Of a stretch of 64,000 bases of DNA, positions 1 to 8,990 are shown piece by piece. The first letter of the stretch is position 1, and the number at the start of each line of letters is the position of its first letter. This stretch comes from a candidate division WOR-3 bacterium. GTDB taxonomy: Bacteria; Hydrothermota; Tepidihabitantia; SM23-42; CAYGYG01. The stretch covers positions 1-64,000 of the forward strand of contig CBFGIV010000003.1 of assembly GCA_965648915.1 (NCBI GenBank). The letters are read 5' to 3'. The position numbers and the translations under genes are program-made. The notes beneath the pieces are model-generated. The model saw nothing but the letters and a program-made list of their open reading frames with translations, ran no database searches and had not been told where the DNA came from.

Positions 1-6
1 TTTCAT
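1..6 (-). CDS. Start (ATG AAA) of an unknown gene running off the left edge of the window
   Basis: Reverse complement of 1-42 reads TTGACA-17nt-TATTAT-7nt-ATGAAA; only two codons are visible. Confidence 0.35.
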
Positions 7-13
7 AATATCC

Positions 14-42
14 ATAATACGGGGAATGCCCTCTTCTGTCAA
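14..42 (-). promoter_or_regulatory. sigma70-type promoter for the leftward gene
   Basis: TTGACA (42-37), 17 nt, TATTAT (19-14). Confidence 0.5.
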
Positions 43-102
43 TATCCCTTTTAATATCCTTATCACCTGGTTACGATGTCTAGGTCTATCTACAAATTCA
101 GG

Positions 103-1298
103 CTGAGTCCTCTCCACTTTTCCCTTTGATTTTTTAGAAATTTTAAGGTATGATGAGGCAAGGAGGTTAAAATGTCTACTCGACAAAAACTAAAGATAGC
201 CCTTACCCCACCATACCCATTGCAGAAACTAAGAAAATTTATTAATACCTTGTTTGTTAAGAAACTCCATGGCCATACGATTAAGACCTTAACTATTATA
301 ACCCAAGCCTTGATCGAAGTCAAGCGTCCAATTCTTTCCGAACTGGCTCGAGAAATACCGAGCCCAATAAAGTTTACCCACCGTTTACGCCGCATCTGGC
401 ACTTTTTGGCTAAAACCAAATTCGATTACCAAAAGGCCTGTGCCCCACTCATCATCTGGACTTTAACTTCACTCAAAGACCGTCCGTGGTTAGAGATTAT
501 GGTTGACTGGACGAAAATTCGCCATTATTTCCTCTTATCCTTCAGTATCCCTTATCAGAAAAGAGCGATCCCGCTCTTCTGGCTGATCGCACCACCCGAT
601 GATCTTGACCTTAATAAATTGGAGCGTGAATCGCTTATCCAATTCCTGATGTTTGTGCCGCTTACCTTGCGAGTCAAGTTAGTTTTTGTGGCCGATCGCG
701 GCTTTGCCAAGACTGATTTCTTTCAATTCCTTACCGAGCTGAAGGTCAACTTTATCATTCGGGTCTGCGGTAAAGTCTGGATCAAGACTAAAGATTATCA
801 AGGTTGGGTTAAACGTTTTCCTCTTGGGGCTGGTGAGATAAAATGGTTGCCCGGTGTTGTCTATCATAAGAATAAAAACATTGGACTAAATCTTTTACTT
901 AAGCATGAGACCGATGACCCTTTATATCTGGTGGCCAACATAAAGAATGCTCAGCTTATCTTAGAGATTTATCGACATCGGATGCGGATTGAAGAAGGGT
1001 TTTGTGATCTCAAAGATGGTTTAATGTTTAAGAAGCTTAAGGTATCGCAAGCGGAGAAAGTGGGTAAGATGTGGCTTGTCGGCGTAGTTGTGTATCTATT
1101 TGCTTTTATTATTGGCAGTCGAGTTGTTGAGAATCCTAATTTATTACAAGAAATATCGACCATACCGAAACGCAAAATTTCCAAACGGTTATTAAGTATT
1201 TTTCGGATCGGTATTTTAATAATCAGGCGGTGTCAATTTATTAAATTTCCGCTCCGTTTACACCGGGAGACAGCATGAAAAAAGTGGAGAGGAGTCAG
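103..1298 (+). mobile_element. IS4-family insertion sequence, about 1.2 kb, with IS10/IS50-like CTGA ends
   Basis: 19-bp terminal inverted repeats CTGAGTCCTCTCCACTTTT (103-121) and AAAAGTGGAGAGGAGTCAG (1280-1298), one mismatch, enclosing a DDE transposase. Confidence 0.9.
172..1278 (+). CDS. IS4-family DDE transposase
   Basis: VDWT, ADRGF and YREK signature (YRHRMRIEEGFCDLK); AAGGAGG RBS. Confidence 0.9.
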   Translation: MSTRQKLKIALTPPYPLQKLRKFINTLFVKKLHGHTIKTLTIITQALIEVKRPILSELAREIPSPIKFTHRLRRIWHFLAKTKFDYQKACAPLIIWTLTSLKDRPWLEIMVDWTKIRHYFLLSFSIPYQKRAIPLFWLIAPPDDLDLNKLERESLIQFLMFVPLTLRVKLVFVADRGFAKTDFFQFLTELKVNFIIRVCGKVWIKTKDYQGWVKRFPLGAGEIKWLPGVVYHKNKNIGLNLLLKHETDDPLYLVANIKNAQLILEIYRHRMRIEEGFCDLKDGLMFKKLKVSQAEKVGKMWLVGVVVYLFAFIIGSRVVENPNLLQEISTIPKRKISKRLLSIFRIGILIIRRCQFIKFPLRLHRETA

Positions 1299-1310
1299 AG
1301 AAAATTGCTC

Positions 1311-1338
1311 TTGACAACTATAACTATATATATATAAT
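1311..1338 (+). promoter_or_regulatory. sigma70-type promoter of the C25 peptidase gene
   Basis: TTGACA-16nt-TATAAT. Confidence 0.7.
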
Positions 1339-1378
1339 TGTATGACTTATAAAGCAAGAACTTAACAAGGAGGTATTG

Positions 1379-3667
1379 ATGAAGTATCTTGCGCTGTTCT
1401 TTATACCCCTTCTGGTCTTTTCAGGTTCAATGACCAGAACCTTTACCTATTCGCCTTACGATCTCAATCTGACAAAACTCAATGGCTATGACCTGATCTC
1501 GATGGGTAACTATCTCTGGACCTCAGAAGCGGGTAATCCCCAACTACCTGAAATGGAATATAAAATCCTGGTGCCACCCACCGCTGAAATTACCGGTATT
1601 AAGATCTTAAGTTATAAGGTCAAAGAGATCCCGGGCTCCTTCAACATCTTTCCGGCCCAGCCGGCCCTGCCCCTTTCTCAGATTCATAATGGCACTGAAT
1701 TTGTCAGGCCTAATCCTGAAGTCTATAATTCTCATCAGGCCTACCCAGAAAAAATAGTCAATTTCACGCCGACTGGCTGTATGAGTGGTTATCGGATCGG
1801 TGGAATATCAATATACCCGGTTCAGTATATTCCGAATGAAAAGCAGATCAGACTCTATACTGAAATTACGGTTCGAATCGAATATGAAGAGGGTCGTCAC
1901 GAGATGATATCATTAAGTAAAGGGCAGGTAGAATTTTTTGCTGCCGATGTCAGGAATATGGTCATCAACCCTGAAGATATCGATCGCTTCAGCCCGGGCA
2001 TCAAGCCCCTCTTCAGAGACAGTACCGATTATCTGATTATTACCGGTCCAACCTATCTCTCTTACTTCCAGCCCATTGCCAACTGGCGCTCCAAGAAGGG
2101 CTATTATGTAAAAGTTCTGGGCACTGACTCGGTCTACGCCCGATACGCAGGTAGAGATAATGCGGAGAAGGTTAGAAACTGCATTATCGACTACTGGCAG
2201 AATAAAGGGGTTAAATGGGTCCTCCTCGCCGGTGATGTGAGTGTCGTCCCTCATCGGACCTGCTATGTGAATACGGGCTCAACAACCGATTATATTCCCT
2301 GCGATCTCTACTTTGCCGACCTCCAGTGGTCCTGGGATGGCAACCGGAACAATGTCTTTGGTGAATTCCCGTTCAACGGTGATACAGTCGACCTTTACTA
2401 TGATGTTTATATTGGCCGGGGTTCAATCGATGATGCTACTCAGGCCAATACCTTCGTGCGTAAAGACACAGTTTACGAGAAACGACCGGATCCCAACTAT
2501 ATGGTCCGTATGTTCCTGCCCCAGGGTAATCTCTGGTCAAACTGGCTTGGTGACAGTGTCCAGCAGATGATCTCCCGTTATCCACCCTCGCCACCCTGGG
2601 TGATAAGGAAGATGTATGAACGGGACGGACAACTCTCGAGAACCGCCTGCACTGAAACCTTAAGGACCGGCGTTGGACTCTGCCACCTGGTTGGACATGG
2701 TGATGCGAGCGGTGTTTATGGCGGTTATGGAACATGGATTTACAGTTCAGGATCTGATGTCAATGGCTTAACTAATGCTGGTAAGTATATAATCGCCAAT
2801 TCGATTGCCTGCCATTCTGGTGCATTTGACAGTGAATGCTATGCTGAATACTTTGTTATTGCACCCAATGGAGGTGCGGTGGCAACAATCTTCAACTCGC
2901 GTTATGGCTGGGGTTCACCGGGATCGGTCGGTTATTCTGAAGATCTGAACCGGCGATTCTATCAGAATTTCTTCCAGACTGATACAACCAACTTTGAAAT
3001 CGGCAAGGTCCATGCCCTTTCTAAGCATCCATACCGCAATTCAGCATACAGTCAGGGTGTATGGCGCTGGATCTACTACGAACTGAATCTCTTTGGCGAT
3101 CCAGAGCTTCCGATCTGGAGTAGAACACCGCTTACCCTGACCGTTACTCATCCTTCTTCGATTGGCCGGGGTCTCCAGAACTATACTGTTACTGTCCGTT
3201 CTGCCGGTAATCCACTCCAGCGTGCCCTGGTCTGCCTCTGGAAAGGTGACGAGGTCTACGCCCGGGGAACAACCGATGCCAATGGTAATGTCACTCTCTC
3301 GATCAATCCAACAACGGCTGGATCAATGTCAGTAACTGTGACCGCCAAGAGCCACTACCCGTACGAAGGTTCAACTACGGTCGGTATTGAAGAAGAAAAG
3401 CCCGCAGTTGTACTGAGTCGTTCTTTAAGGGTTGCCTCTAATCCAGTAAAAGACCGTCTGGTGATCAATTACACCCTACCTGAGCCGGAGAAGGTCGATA
3501 TAAGACTGTTTGATGCCGCGGGTAGAAGAGTGGCATCGATCAGTGGTACTTACACGGGTGTGGGCCAGATTGTCTATCGAACAGATAATATCTCGAGCGG
3601 TGTCTACTTTGTTCAGTTTGAGACTAAGACCGGTAAAACCAACCAGAGTGTTCTTATTGTAAAATAG
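1379..3667 (+). CDS. Gingipain-like peptidase C25 with propeptide, Ig-like domain and T9SS-type C-terminal domain
   Basis: Signal peptide; GRDNAEKVRNCI, VLLAGD, DLYFADL, His (VGHG) and Cys (SIACH) dyad, LNLFGDPEL; C-terminal GIEEE...SSGVYFV; AGGAGG RBS favours ATG 1379. Confidence 0.88.
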   Translation: MKYLALFFIPLLVFSGSMTRTFTYSPYDLNLTKLNGYDLISMGNYLWTSEAGNPQLPEMEYKILVPPTAEITGIKILSYKVKEIPGSFNIFPAQPALPLSQIHNGTEFVRPNPEVYNSHQAYPEKIVNFTPTGCMSGYRIGGISIYPVQYIPNEKQIRLYTEITVRIEYEEGRHEMISLSKGQVEFFAADVRNMVINPEDIDRFSPGIKPLFRDSTDYLIITGPTYLSYFQPIANWRSKKGYYVKVLGTDSVYARYAGRDNAEKVRNCIIDYWQNKGVKWVLLAGDVSVVPHRTCYVNTGSTTDYIPCDLYFADLQWSWDGNRNNVFGEFPFNGDTVDLYYDVYIGRGSIDDATQANTFVRKDTVYEKRPDPNYMVRMFLPQGNLWSNWLGDSVQQMISRYPPSPPWVIRKMYERDGQLSRTACTETLRTGVGLCHLVGHGDASGVYGGYGTWIYSSGSDVNGLTNAGKYIIANSIACHSGAFDSECYAEYFVIAPNGGAVATIFNSRYGWGSPGSVGYSEDLNRRFYQNFFQTDTTNFEIGKVHALSKHPYRNSAYSQGVWRWIYYELNLFGDPELPIWSRTPLTLTVTHPSSIGRGLQNYTVTVRSAGNPLQRALVCLWKGDEVYARGTTDANGNVTLSINPTTAGSMSVTVTAKSHYPYEGSTTVGIEEEKPAVVLSRSLRVASNPVKDRLVINYTLPEPEKVDIRLFDAAGRRVASISGTYTGVGQIVYRTDNISSGVYFVQFETKTGKTNQSVLIVK

Positions 3668-3677
3668 ATAATATTGG

Positions 3678-3705
3678 TTGACTTTTTATAATAACTGGCT
3701 ATAAT
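3678..3705 (+). promoter_or_regulatory. sigma70-type promoter
   Basis: TTGACT-16nt-TATAAT. Confidence 0.65.
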
Positions 3706-3761
3706 TAGCCAGTGGAGGTATATCCTGTTACAGGGATAATATAATCCTCCAAGGAGGTATA

Positions 3762-4979
3762 ATGAAGTTACGTCATCTTGGATTGTTATTGATCTTAGTC
3801 GTTGCTGCCTGGCCCCAAGGGCGTCAAACGGTTGAAGTCGATACCGGCAACTGCGCGCTCAGTGGAACATACTGTGGTGGAATCGGCTTTACAGCTCCTG
3901 ACACGGGGCAGGGTGTTGGTTTCCAGTACCCCAAGTATGCCCCTTCGGTTCTCTACTATGGTGGCTATCTGGTCGGCTCCTCAGCCACGACGGTCCATGA
4001 CCATTTCTATGGTCAACCCGCAACCAATCTGCACTGGGACTGGGTGGTAAGGGATACCTTTGTTGATGTGATACCACCGAGGTTTGGTGCCCACGAACTT
4101 TATGTCGGGACCTGGGTCGACACCACGCGTCCAACTGCGGCTGAGGGTTATCTGGTCCGGCATTTCTGGGGTGGCCGTGGTGCACCCCTTGATGCCTATG
4201 ATGACTTTGTCATCTTCGATACCTGGGTCAAGAACATCAGTTCCCAGCAGCGGACCGGTGTCTATGTTGGTGTAATGTGCGACTTTGACTTAGGAACCGC
4301 ACCCACCACCAACTGGGGAAGGACTGATGCCACACGCCGACTGACTTATATGTGGCCATCTTCATCCAACCAGAACCCATCAGTTGGTGTTAAGTTGTTA
4401 TATCCGACAACTGCTGCCAACCTTTCGCTGATCGACCATGCCCTTTATGTCTATCCTCCTTCCCAGATGACCGAACAGACCAAGATCAATTTCTTAAACG
4501 GCACAATCAGGTTACCCAATTCTACCCGCGCTTATGATTATTCAATCCTCGTCTCGGCCGGTCCTTTCACGCTCAGAGCAAATGACAGCGTCCGGGTTGC
4601 CTTTGCTATCTTAGGAGCAGGTGATTCCTTAACCCTGAAGGTCCATGCTGATACCGCCCAGAGATGGTTTGACCGCGAATGGATTGTTGGTATTGAAGAA
4701 GAGGCTGGAAAGAATCTTACCAATCTTGAAGGTATTAAGATTCTGCCCAATCCATTCGGTCGGTCGACAAGGATCTATTATACATTCTCCAAACAGGGTA
4801 AGGTTACCATCAAGGCTTATGATGCTTCAGGCCGGGAAGTGGCAACAATACTCAATCGCCTTGTTGATAAGAACGGATACATTGACTGGTTTGTCAATGA
4901 TCTTCCCAACGGTGTTTACTTCTTGAAGATTGAGACTCAAGACAAAGTCTATACGAGAAAGGTTCTGCTCTTGCAGTAA
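3762..4979 (+). CDS. Secreted protein of unknown function with T9SS-type C-terminal domain
   Basis: Signal peptide; C-terminal GIEEE...PNPF...YDASGREV...LPNGVYFLKI; AAGGAGG RBS. Confidence 0.75.
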   Translation: MKLRHLGLLLILVVAAWPQGRQTVEVDTGNCALSGTYCGGIGFTAPDTGQGVGFQYPKYAPSVLYYGGYLVGSSATTVHDHFYGQPATNLHWDWVVRDTFVDVIPPRFGAHELYVGTWVDTTRPTAAEGYLVRHFWGGRGAPLDAYDDFVIFDTWVKNISSQQRTGVYVGVMCDFDLGTAPTTNWGRTDATRRLTYMWPSSSNQNPSVGVKLLYPTTAANLSLIDHALYVYPPSQMTEQTKINFLNGTIRLPNSTRAYDYSILVSAGPFTLRANDSVRVAFAILGAGDSLTLKVHADTAQRWFDREWIVGIEEEAGKNLTNLEGIKILPNPFGRSTRIYYTFSKQGKVTIKAYDASGREVATILNRLVDKNGYIDWFVNDLPNGVYFLKIETQDKVYTRKVLLLQ

Positions 4980-4994
4980 ACCGAATTGTCAAAT

Positions 4995-5021
4995 AAAAGG
5001 GGGCCCGAAAGGGCCCCTTTT
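4995..5021. terminator. Bidirectional intrinsic terminator
   Basis: AAAA-GGGGGCCC-GAAA-GGGCCCC-TTTT between convergent genes. Confidence 0.85.
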
Positions 5022-6597
5022 ATTTTTCTCTGCGATGATAAATCTCAAAAATGCCGATCTCACCTTTCTTTTCAAAATTTTTACTTATCCAGAAAACCAT
5101 CAGAGGGAAATCAGTCAGCCGGTGCATTGTACCGATATAAGATACCTTTTCCAAAACGATAATATTTACCTGTTTCCCTTCTAACGACTCTACCAGCCAG
5201 TTATCGATCTTCTGAGAATAAACCATTGGATATGTAATTCCCGGATCAAACCAAACTAAAGGTTGAGGTGATGGTTTGCCAAGCAAGCCATAAAGAATTG
5301 TCCAATCAGGGAAGATAAAAAAATTCTGCTGATTCTGGGCTAAATAGTTATAAAGCCTCTCGATGTCATCAGCTTTGATCTCCACCGAACCGAACCTTGT
5401 CGGACAAGCCCATTTCAGTATCTCAAGACGAGGTATATTCAATGAGGATATAAACTTTGATTTAGAAAAGATATCCTGGACAACTCGGCTTACCGATATC
5501 TTGACACCGAGAAAAAAGATAGTTAGATATAAAAAGAGCGCAAAAATACCACCCAATTTAGTATTAAGCTCAAATCCTTTTGCCTCATAAAATAACCCCC
5601 AGGTAAGGCAAAGAATAAGACCGGTATAGGGGAAGGAGTTTTCCACCTGATTGTCACTTGTATAGGCAATAATATATTGAAAGACAACAAGCCCGACAAT
5701 TACTAAATATTTAACGGCCAGTATCTTTCCCTTTCTCAAATAGTAAATGGCACTGATTGCGGCAAGAATTGAAAGGATAAGTTGAACAACAATCGCCGGT
5801 GAACCAAAAAAGATCAACCAGAGTCGATGAGACTGGCTTCCTTGAAAAAGCCTCAAAAGTCCCAATTTTGAAGGAATAAGGAAAAACGATGTATAGAAAT
5901 TTTGCGGACTGGAAAATAACCATAGCCATATAAAAAAACCTATCACAACGCAAGACATCCCTAATGAAAAAGTTAAGAGGTAAAAATAGTGTCTAGTGAT
6001 CAACAAGATACCAACAGGAATGAATAGAAAAAAGAGACCGGCATTCTGTTTACTAAGGATTGATAGTGTCTGACACAATCCTGCACCAAATATCATAATC
6101 AGACCGCCCTTAAAACTTTTAAATATAACCCCGCTGACCAAAGATAGGATAAGAAGATTGAAGAAGAAAGCGGTCTGCTCGAACCAAGGCGTACCAAAAG
6201 GTGGGTAAAACCAGACCGCGGTCAACAAACCTGCGGCATAACTAAAAAATTTCGATTCAGGCATCGCCCACCTCAGGACCACTATACTCAACAAAACAGC
6301 TAATACATTAATGACGGAAGCGTGTAAGATGTAAATAAAATAATTTATGCCACCAAGTCGGAAAAATATGCTTTGGAGCCAAAAGACAATTGGCCCGGTC
6401 GGTATAAAAAAATCGCGATAAGGCTTTTGCCCCGCATAAATACGATAGCCGCCATCAAAGATGATCGACTGGTCGAAGGCAAAAAATCCTCTCTGACCAC
6501 ACATCAAATTAAGCCCGAAGGCGAAAGCACAAATTAAAATAATGAATAGCCAGTCAATCTTTCTGTTCGCCTCTGCCTTTTTATTCTGATTCACCAT
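5020..6597 (-). CDS. Polytopic membrane protein, probable GT-C fold glycosyltransferase (ArnT/PMT-like)
   Basis: Many hydrophobic segments; first-loop motif FDQ...GQKPYRDFF; SKQN motif; soluble C-terminal domain. Confidence 0.55.
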   Translation of the reverse strand: MVNQNKKAEANRKIDWLFIILICAFAFGLNLMCGQRGFFAFDQSIIFDGGYRIYAGQKPYRDFFIPTGPIVFWLQSIFFRLGGINYFIYILHASVINVLAVLLSIVVLRWAMPESKFFSYAAGLLTAVWFYPPFGTPWFEQTAFFFNLLILSLVSGVIFKSFKGGLIMIFGAGLCQTLSILSKQNAGLFFLFIPVGILLITRHYFYLLTFSLGMSCVVIGFFIWLWLFSSPQNFYTSFFLIPSKLGLLRLFQGSQSHRLWLIFFGSPAIVVQLILSILAAISAIYYLRKGKILAVKYLVIVGLVVFQYIIAYTSDNQVENSFPYTGLILCLTWGLFYEAKGFELNTKLGGIFALFLYLTIFFLGVKISVSRVVQDIFSKSKFISSLNIPRLEILKWACPTRFGSVEIKADDIERLYNYLAQNQQNFFIFPDWTILYGLLGKPSPQPLVWFDPGITYPMVYSQKIDNWLVESLEGKQVNIIVLEKVSYIGTMHRLTDFPLMVFWISKNFEKKGEIGIFEIYHRREK

Positions 6598-7633
6598 TGT
6601 GACTACTGGCTGAGTTCAATTCCATAATCAGTCTCGGGATCTCTTCGAGGCGGAGGATATAATCGATCTTACCGGTCTTGATTGCCGCCCTGGGCATACC
6701 CGGGGCAATCGCAGTCTGTGGATCCTCAGCAATTGTGATTCCGCCGTTATCCTTTATCTTACCTATGCCCTGAGCACCATCATGCCCCATCCCAGTAAGG
6801 ACAATACCAACTGCCCGATTACTAAATATTTTACTCACCGAAGTAAAGAGAATATCAGCACAGGGTTTCAATCCATACTGGGGAGGTGCATCATAGAAAC
6901 CGACCTTTATCTGTGCCTCTTCTTTTACCACCACCGTATGAAAGCCACCCGGAGCAATCAGAAACTGGTCGTCGAGGATCAAATCATTTTGTCTTGCCTC
7001 CCGTATAACAACCTTTGATAGATTATTCAATCGATCAGCCAGGCTCTGAGTGAATCCAGCGGGCATATGGATAACAATCAAACCCTTTAGCCCGGCACCG
7101 ATTGGTATTGCCGGCATCATCTCATGGAGGGCCCTGACCCCTCCGGTTGAAGTCCCGATGGCCAGAAACAGTCCTCGACCATATCTTGAATGCTTTATCT
7201 GAGGAAAACTCCTTCTTATGCGAGCGTGGGCAACATTCATCTGGGATATACTTCGCAGTTTCTCAATCAGGACACCCTTTAAGTCATAGAGGTCAATCGA
7301 GACCGTGCCCGAAGGTTTTGTTAGAAAATCGGCCGCACCCATTTCGAGCGCTTTGAGGGTAATCTCAGCCCCTTCCTTGGTGTGGGCCGAGACCATAAGC
7401 ACCGGGACTGTTTTCTGACTAAGGATCTTCTCAAGAATGATTAAGCCATTCTCACCCGGCATTTCGAAATCGAGCGTAACAATATCTGGTTCAAGTTTAG
7501 TAAATTTATTCAGAGCCTCCTCACCGCTTCCCGCCGTCCCAACCACATAGAAATCTTGACTCTCTTTTATTATGTCACTGATAACCTTCTGCATAAGAAT
7601 TGAGTCGTCAACCACCAGGACTTTCTTCTTCAT
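6581..7633 (-). CDS. cheB: Chemotaxis response regulator / protein-glutamate methylesterase CheB
   Basis: REC domain (VVDDS, TLDFEMP, FLTKP) plus esterase triad GTSTGG, IHMP, LTGMGHDG. Confidence 0.95.
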   Translation of the reverse strand: MKKKVLVVDDSILMQKVISDIIKESQDFYVVGTAGSGEEALNKFTKLEPDIVTLDFEMPGENGLIILEKILSQKTVPVLMVSAHTKEGAEITLKALEMGAADFLTKPSGTVSIDLYDLKGVLIEKLRSISQMNVAHARIRRSFPQIKHSRYGRGLFLAIGTSTGGVRALHEMMPAIPIGAGLKGLIVIHMPAGFTQSLADRLNNLSKVVIREARQNDLILDDQFLIAPGGFHTVVVKEEAQIKVGFYDAPPQYGLKPCADILFTSVSKIFSNRAVGIVLTGMGHDGAQGIGKIKDNGGITIAEDPQTAIAPGMPRAAIKTGKIDYILRLEEIPRLIMELNSASSHNGESE

Positions 7634-8124
7634 ATAACTTTCTCACCAATACCTAAAGTCTTCACTCGGACAAGGCCATTGCTGAGATCAAAATAGACTG
7701 ACCGACCATGAGAACCGAGCGTATCTTCCCCAACGAGGTTTATCCCCGATTTTTTAAAAGCATTTTTTGTTGCCTGAACATTGAGCAGCCCAATCGACTT
7801 TCGGCCAGGTGGCGAAAAGAGACTGGCACCACCGACAATCTTTCCCCAGATCTCATCGCCACAGGCACCGAGTTGGACCATACGGCGCTTAAGTTCAGCC
7901 ACGGCCTCATCCGGGAATCGATAGGGATTGGAACGATTGGTAGCGTATTCTTTAGCCGGTAATATAATATGGGCGATACCACCGATCCTGGTTGGTGGAT
8001 GATAGAGGAGAATAATAACACACGAGCCGACACCAACACTGGCCAGAACACCTTCATTCTGGCCAACCACCAGTTCACCAATTTTAACCGATTTTATGCC
8101 AGCAAATTTATCAGCCGAAGACAT
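7630..8124 (-). CDS. cheD: Chemoreceptor glutamine deamidase CheD
   Basis: GVGSCV catalytic Cys, AHIILP, KIVGGA, EDTLGSHGRSV. Confidence 0.92.
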   Translation of the reverse strand: MSSADKFAGIKSVKIGELVVGQNEGVLASVGVGSCVIILLYHPPTRIGGIAHIILPAKEYATNRSNPYRFPDEAVAELKRRMVQLGACGDEIWGKIVGGASLFSPPGRKSIGLLNVQATKNAFKKSGINLVGEDTLGSHGRSVYFDLSNGLVRVKTLGIGEKVI

Positions 8125-8204
8125 ATAAATTTCTGAAGACGTATTGAACAGAAATTTAATCAGTTATTAATAACTAAAGTTTCCGCCGACAATAATCACC
8201 GAGG

Positions 8205-8990
8205 TCAAGAAATTTTCTGATAGATCCGCTCCCGGGGATTAATAATCTTAAATCCGTCGGTCCCGAGGATAATTTCGGTCTTTCCCAAAATCAGATAACC
8301 ATCTGGTCGTAATGTATCATAAATAATCTGCAAAAGTCTCTTCTGGGCATCTCTGGCAAAGTAGATTAAGACATTACGACAGAAGACAACATCGATTGCA
8401 CGGAAAGGGGGCGGTTGAAAAAGATCCATACATAGAAATTCAACATATCTCCTGAGACTCAGGTCAATCTCATACATACCGTTCTTCTTTCTGAAATATC
8501 TCTCTACAAGGCTTGATGGCATATAGGCGAGGGCAAAATCAGTATAAAGCCCTTTTTGCGCCTGAGCAATTGCCTGGGCATCGACATCAGTACCAAAGAC
8601 CTTGATCCGGAATTTTGATTCAGCATCACCTAAGGCCTCCAACAGTGCAATTACAATTGAATAGACTTCTTCACCCGCAGCACAACCCGCGCTCCAGAAC
8701 CTTAATTGTTGGTTATTGATTATTTTGGGGATGATATCTTTCTGAAAATAGTCAAAGACCTCGGGGTTTCGGTAGAAGTAAGAGAGATTGATGGGGATTG
8801 TATCGAGGAGAATCATTAACTCTCGGGGTGTATTCTGGATATAGGTCTGATAGGCAGCATAGTCTTTCAGATTTAAGGCCCTCATCCGCACGGCAAGCCT
8901 TCGTTTCAGGGGTTTTTCTTTATAATTAAAGCACTTAAAACCGGTTTTCTCTTCAATATAGCGGAGTAAAGAAAGATAGGGATCAACCAC
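8205..8990 (-). CDS. cheR: Protein-glutamate O-methyltransferase CheR
   Basis: INLSYFYRN, WSAGCAAGEEVYS, GTDVD, FCRNVLIYF, GYLILGKTE. Confidence 0.95.
   Translation of the reverse strand: MVDPYLSLLRYIEEKTGFKCFNYKEKPLKRRLAVRMRALNLKDYAAYQTYIQNTPRELMILLDTIPINLSYFYRNPEVFDYFQKDIIPKIINNQQLRFWSAGCAAGEEVYSIVIALLEALGDAESKFRIKVFGTDVDAQAIAQAQKGLYTDFALAYMPSSLVERYFRKKNGMYEIDLSLRRYVEFLCMDLFQPPPFRAIDVVFCRNVLIYFARDAQKRLLQIIYDTLRPDGYLILGKTEIILGTDGFKIINPRERIYQKIS

Noticed and set aside
3718..3742. Resemblance to an I-SceI homing endonuclease site
   Set aside because: Only partial similarity; better explained as a leader hairpin
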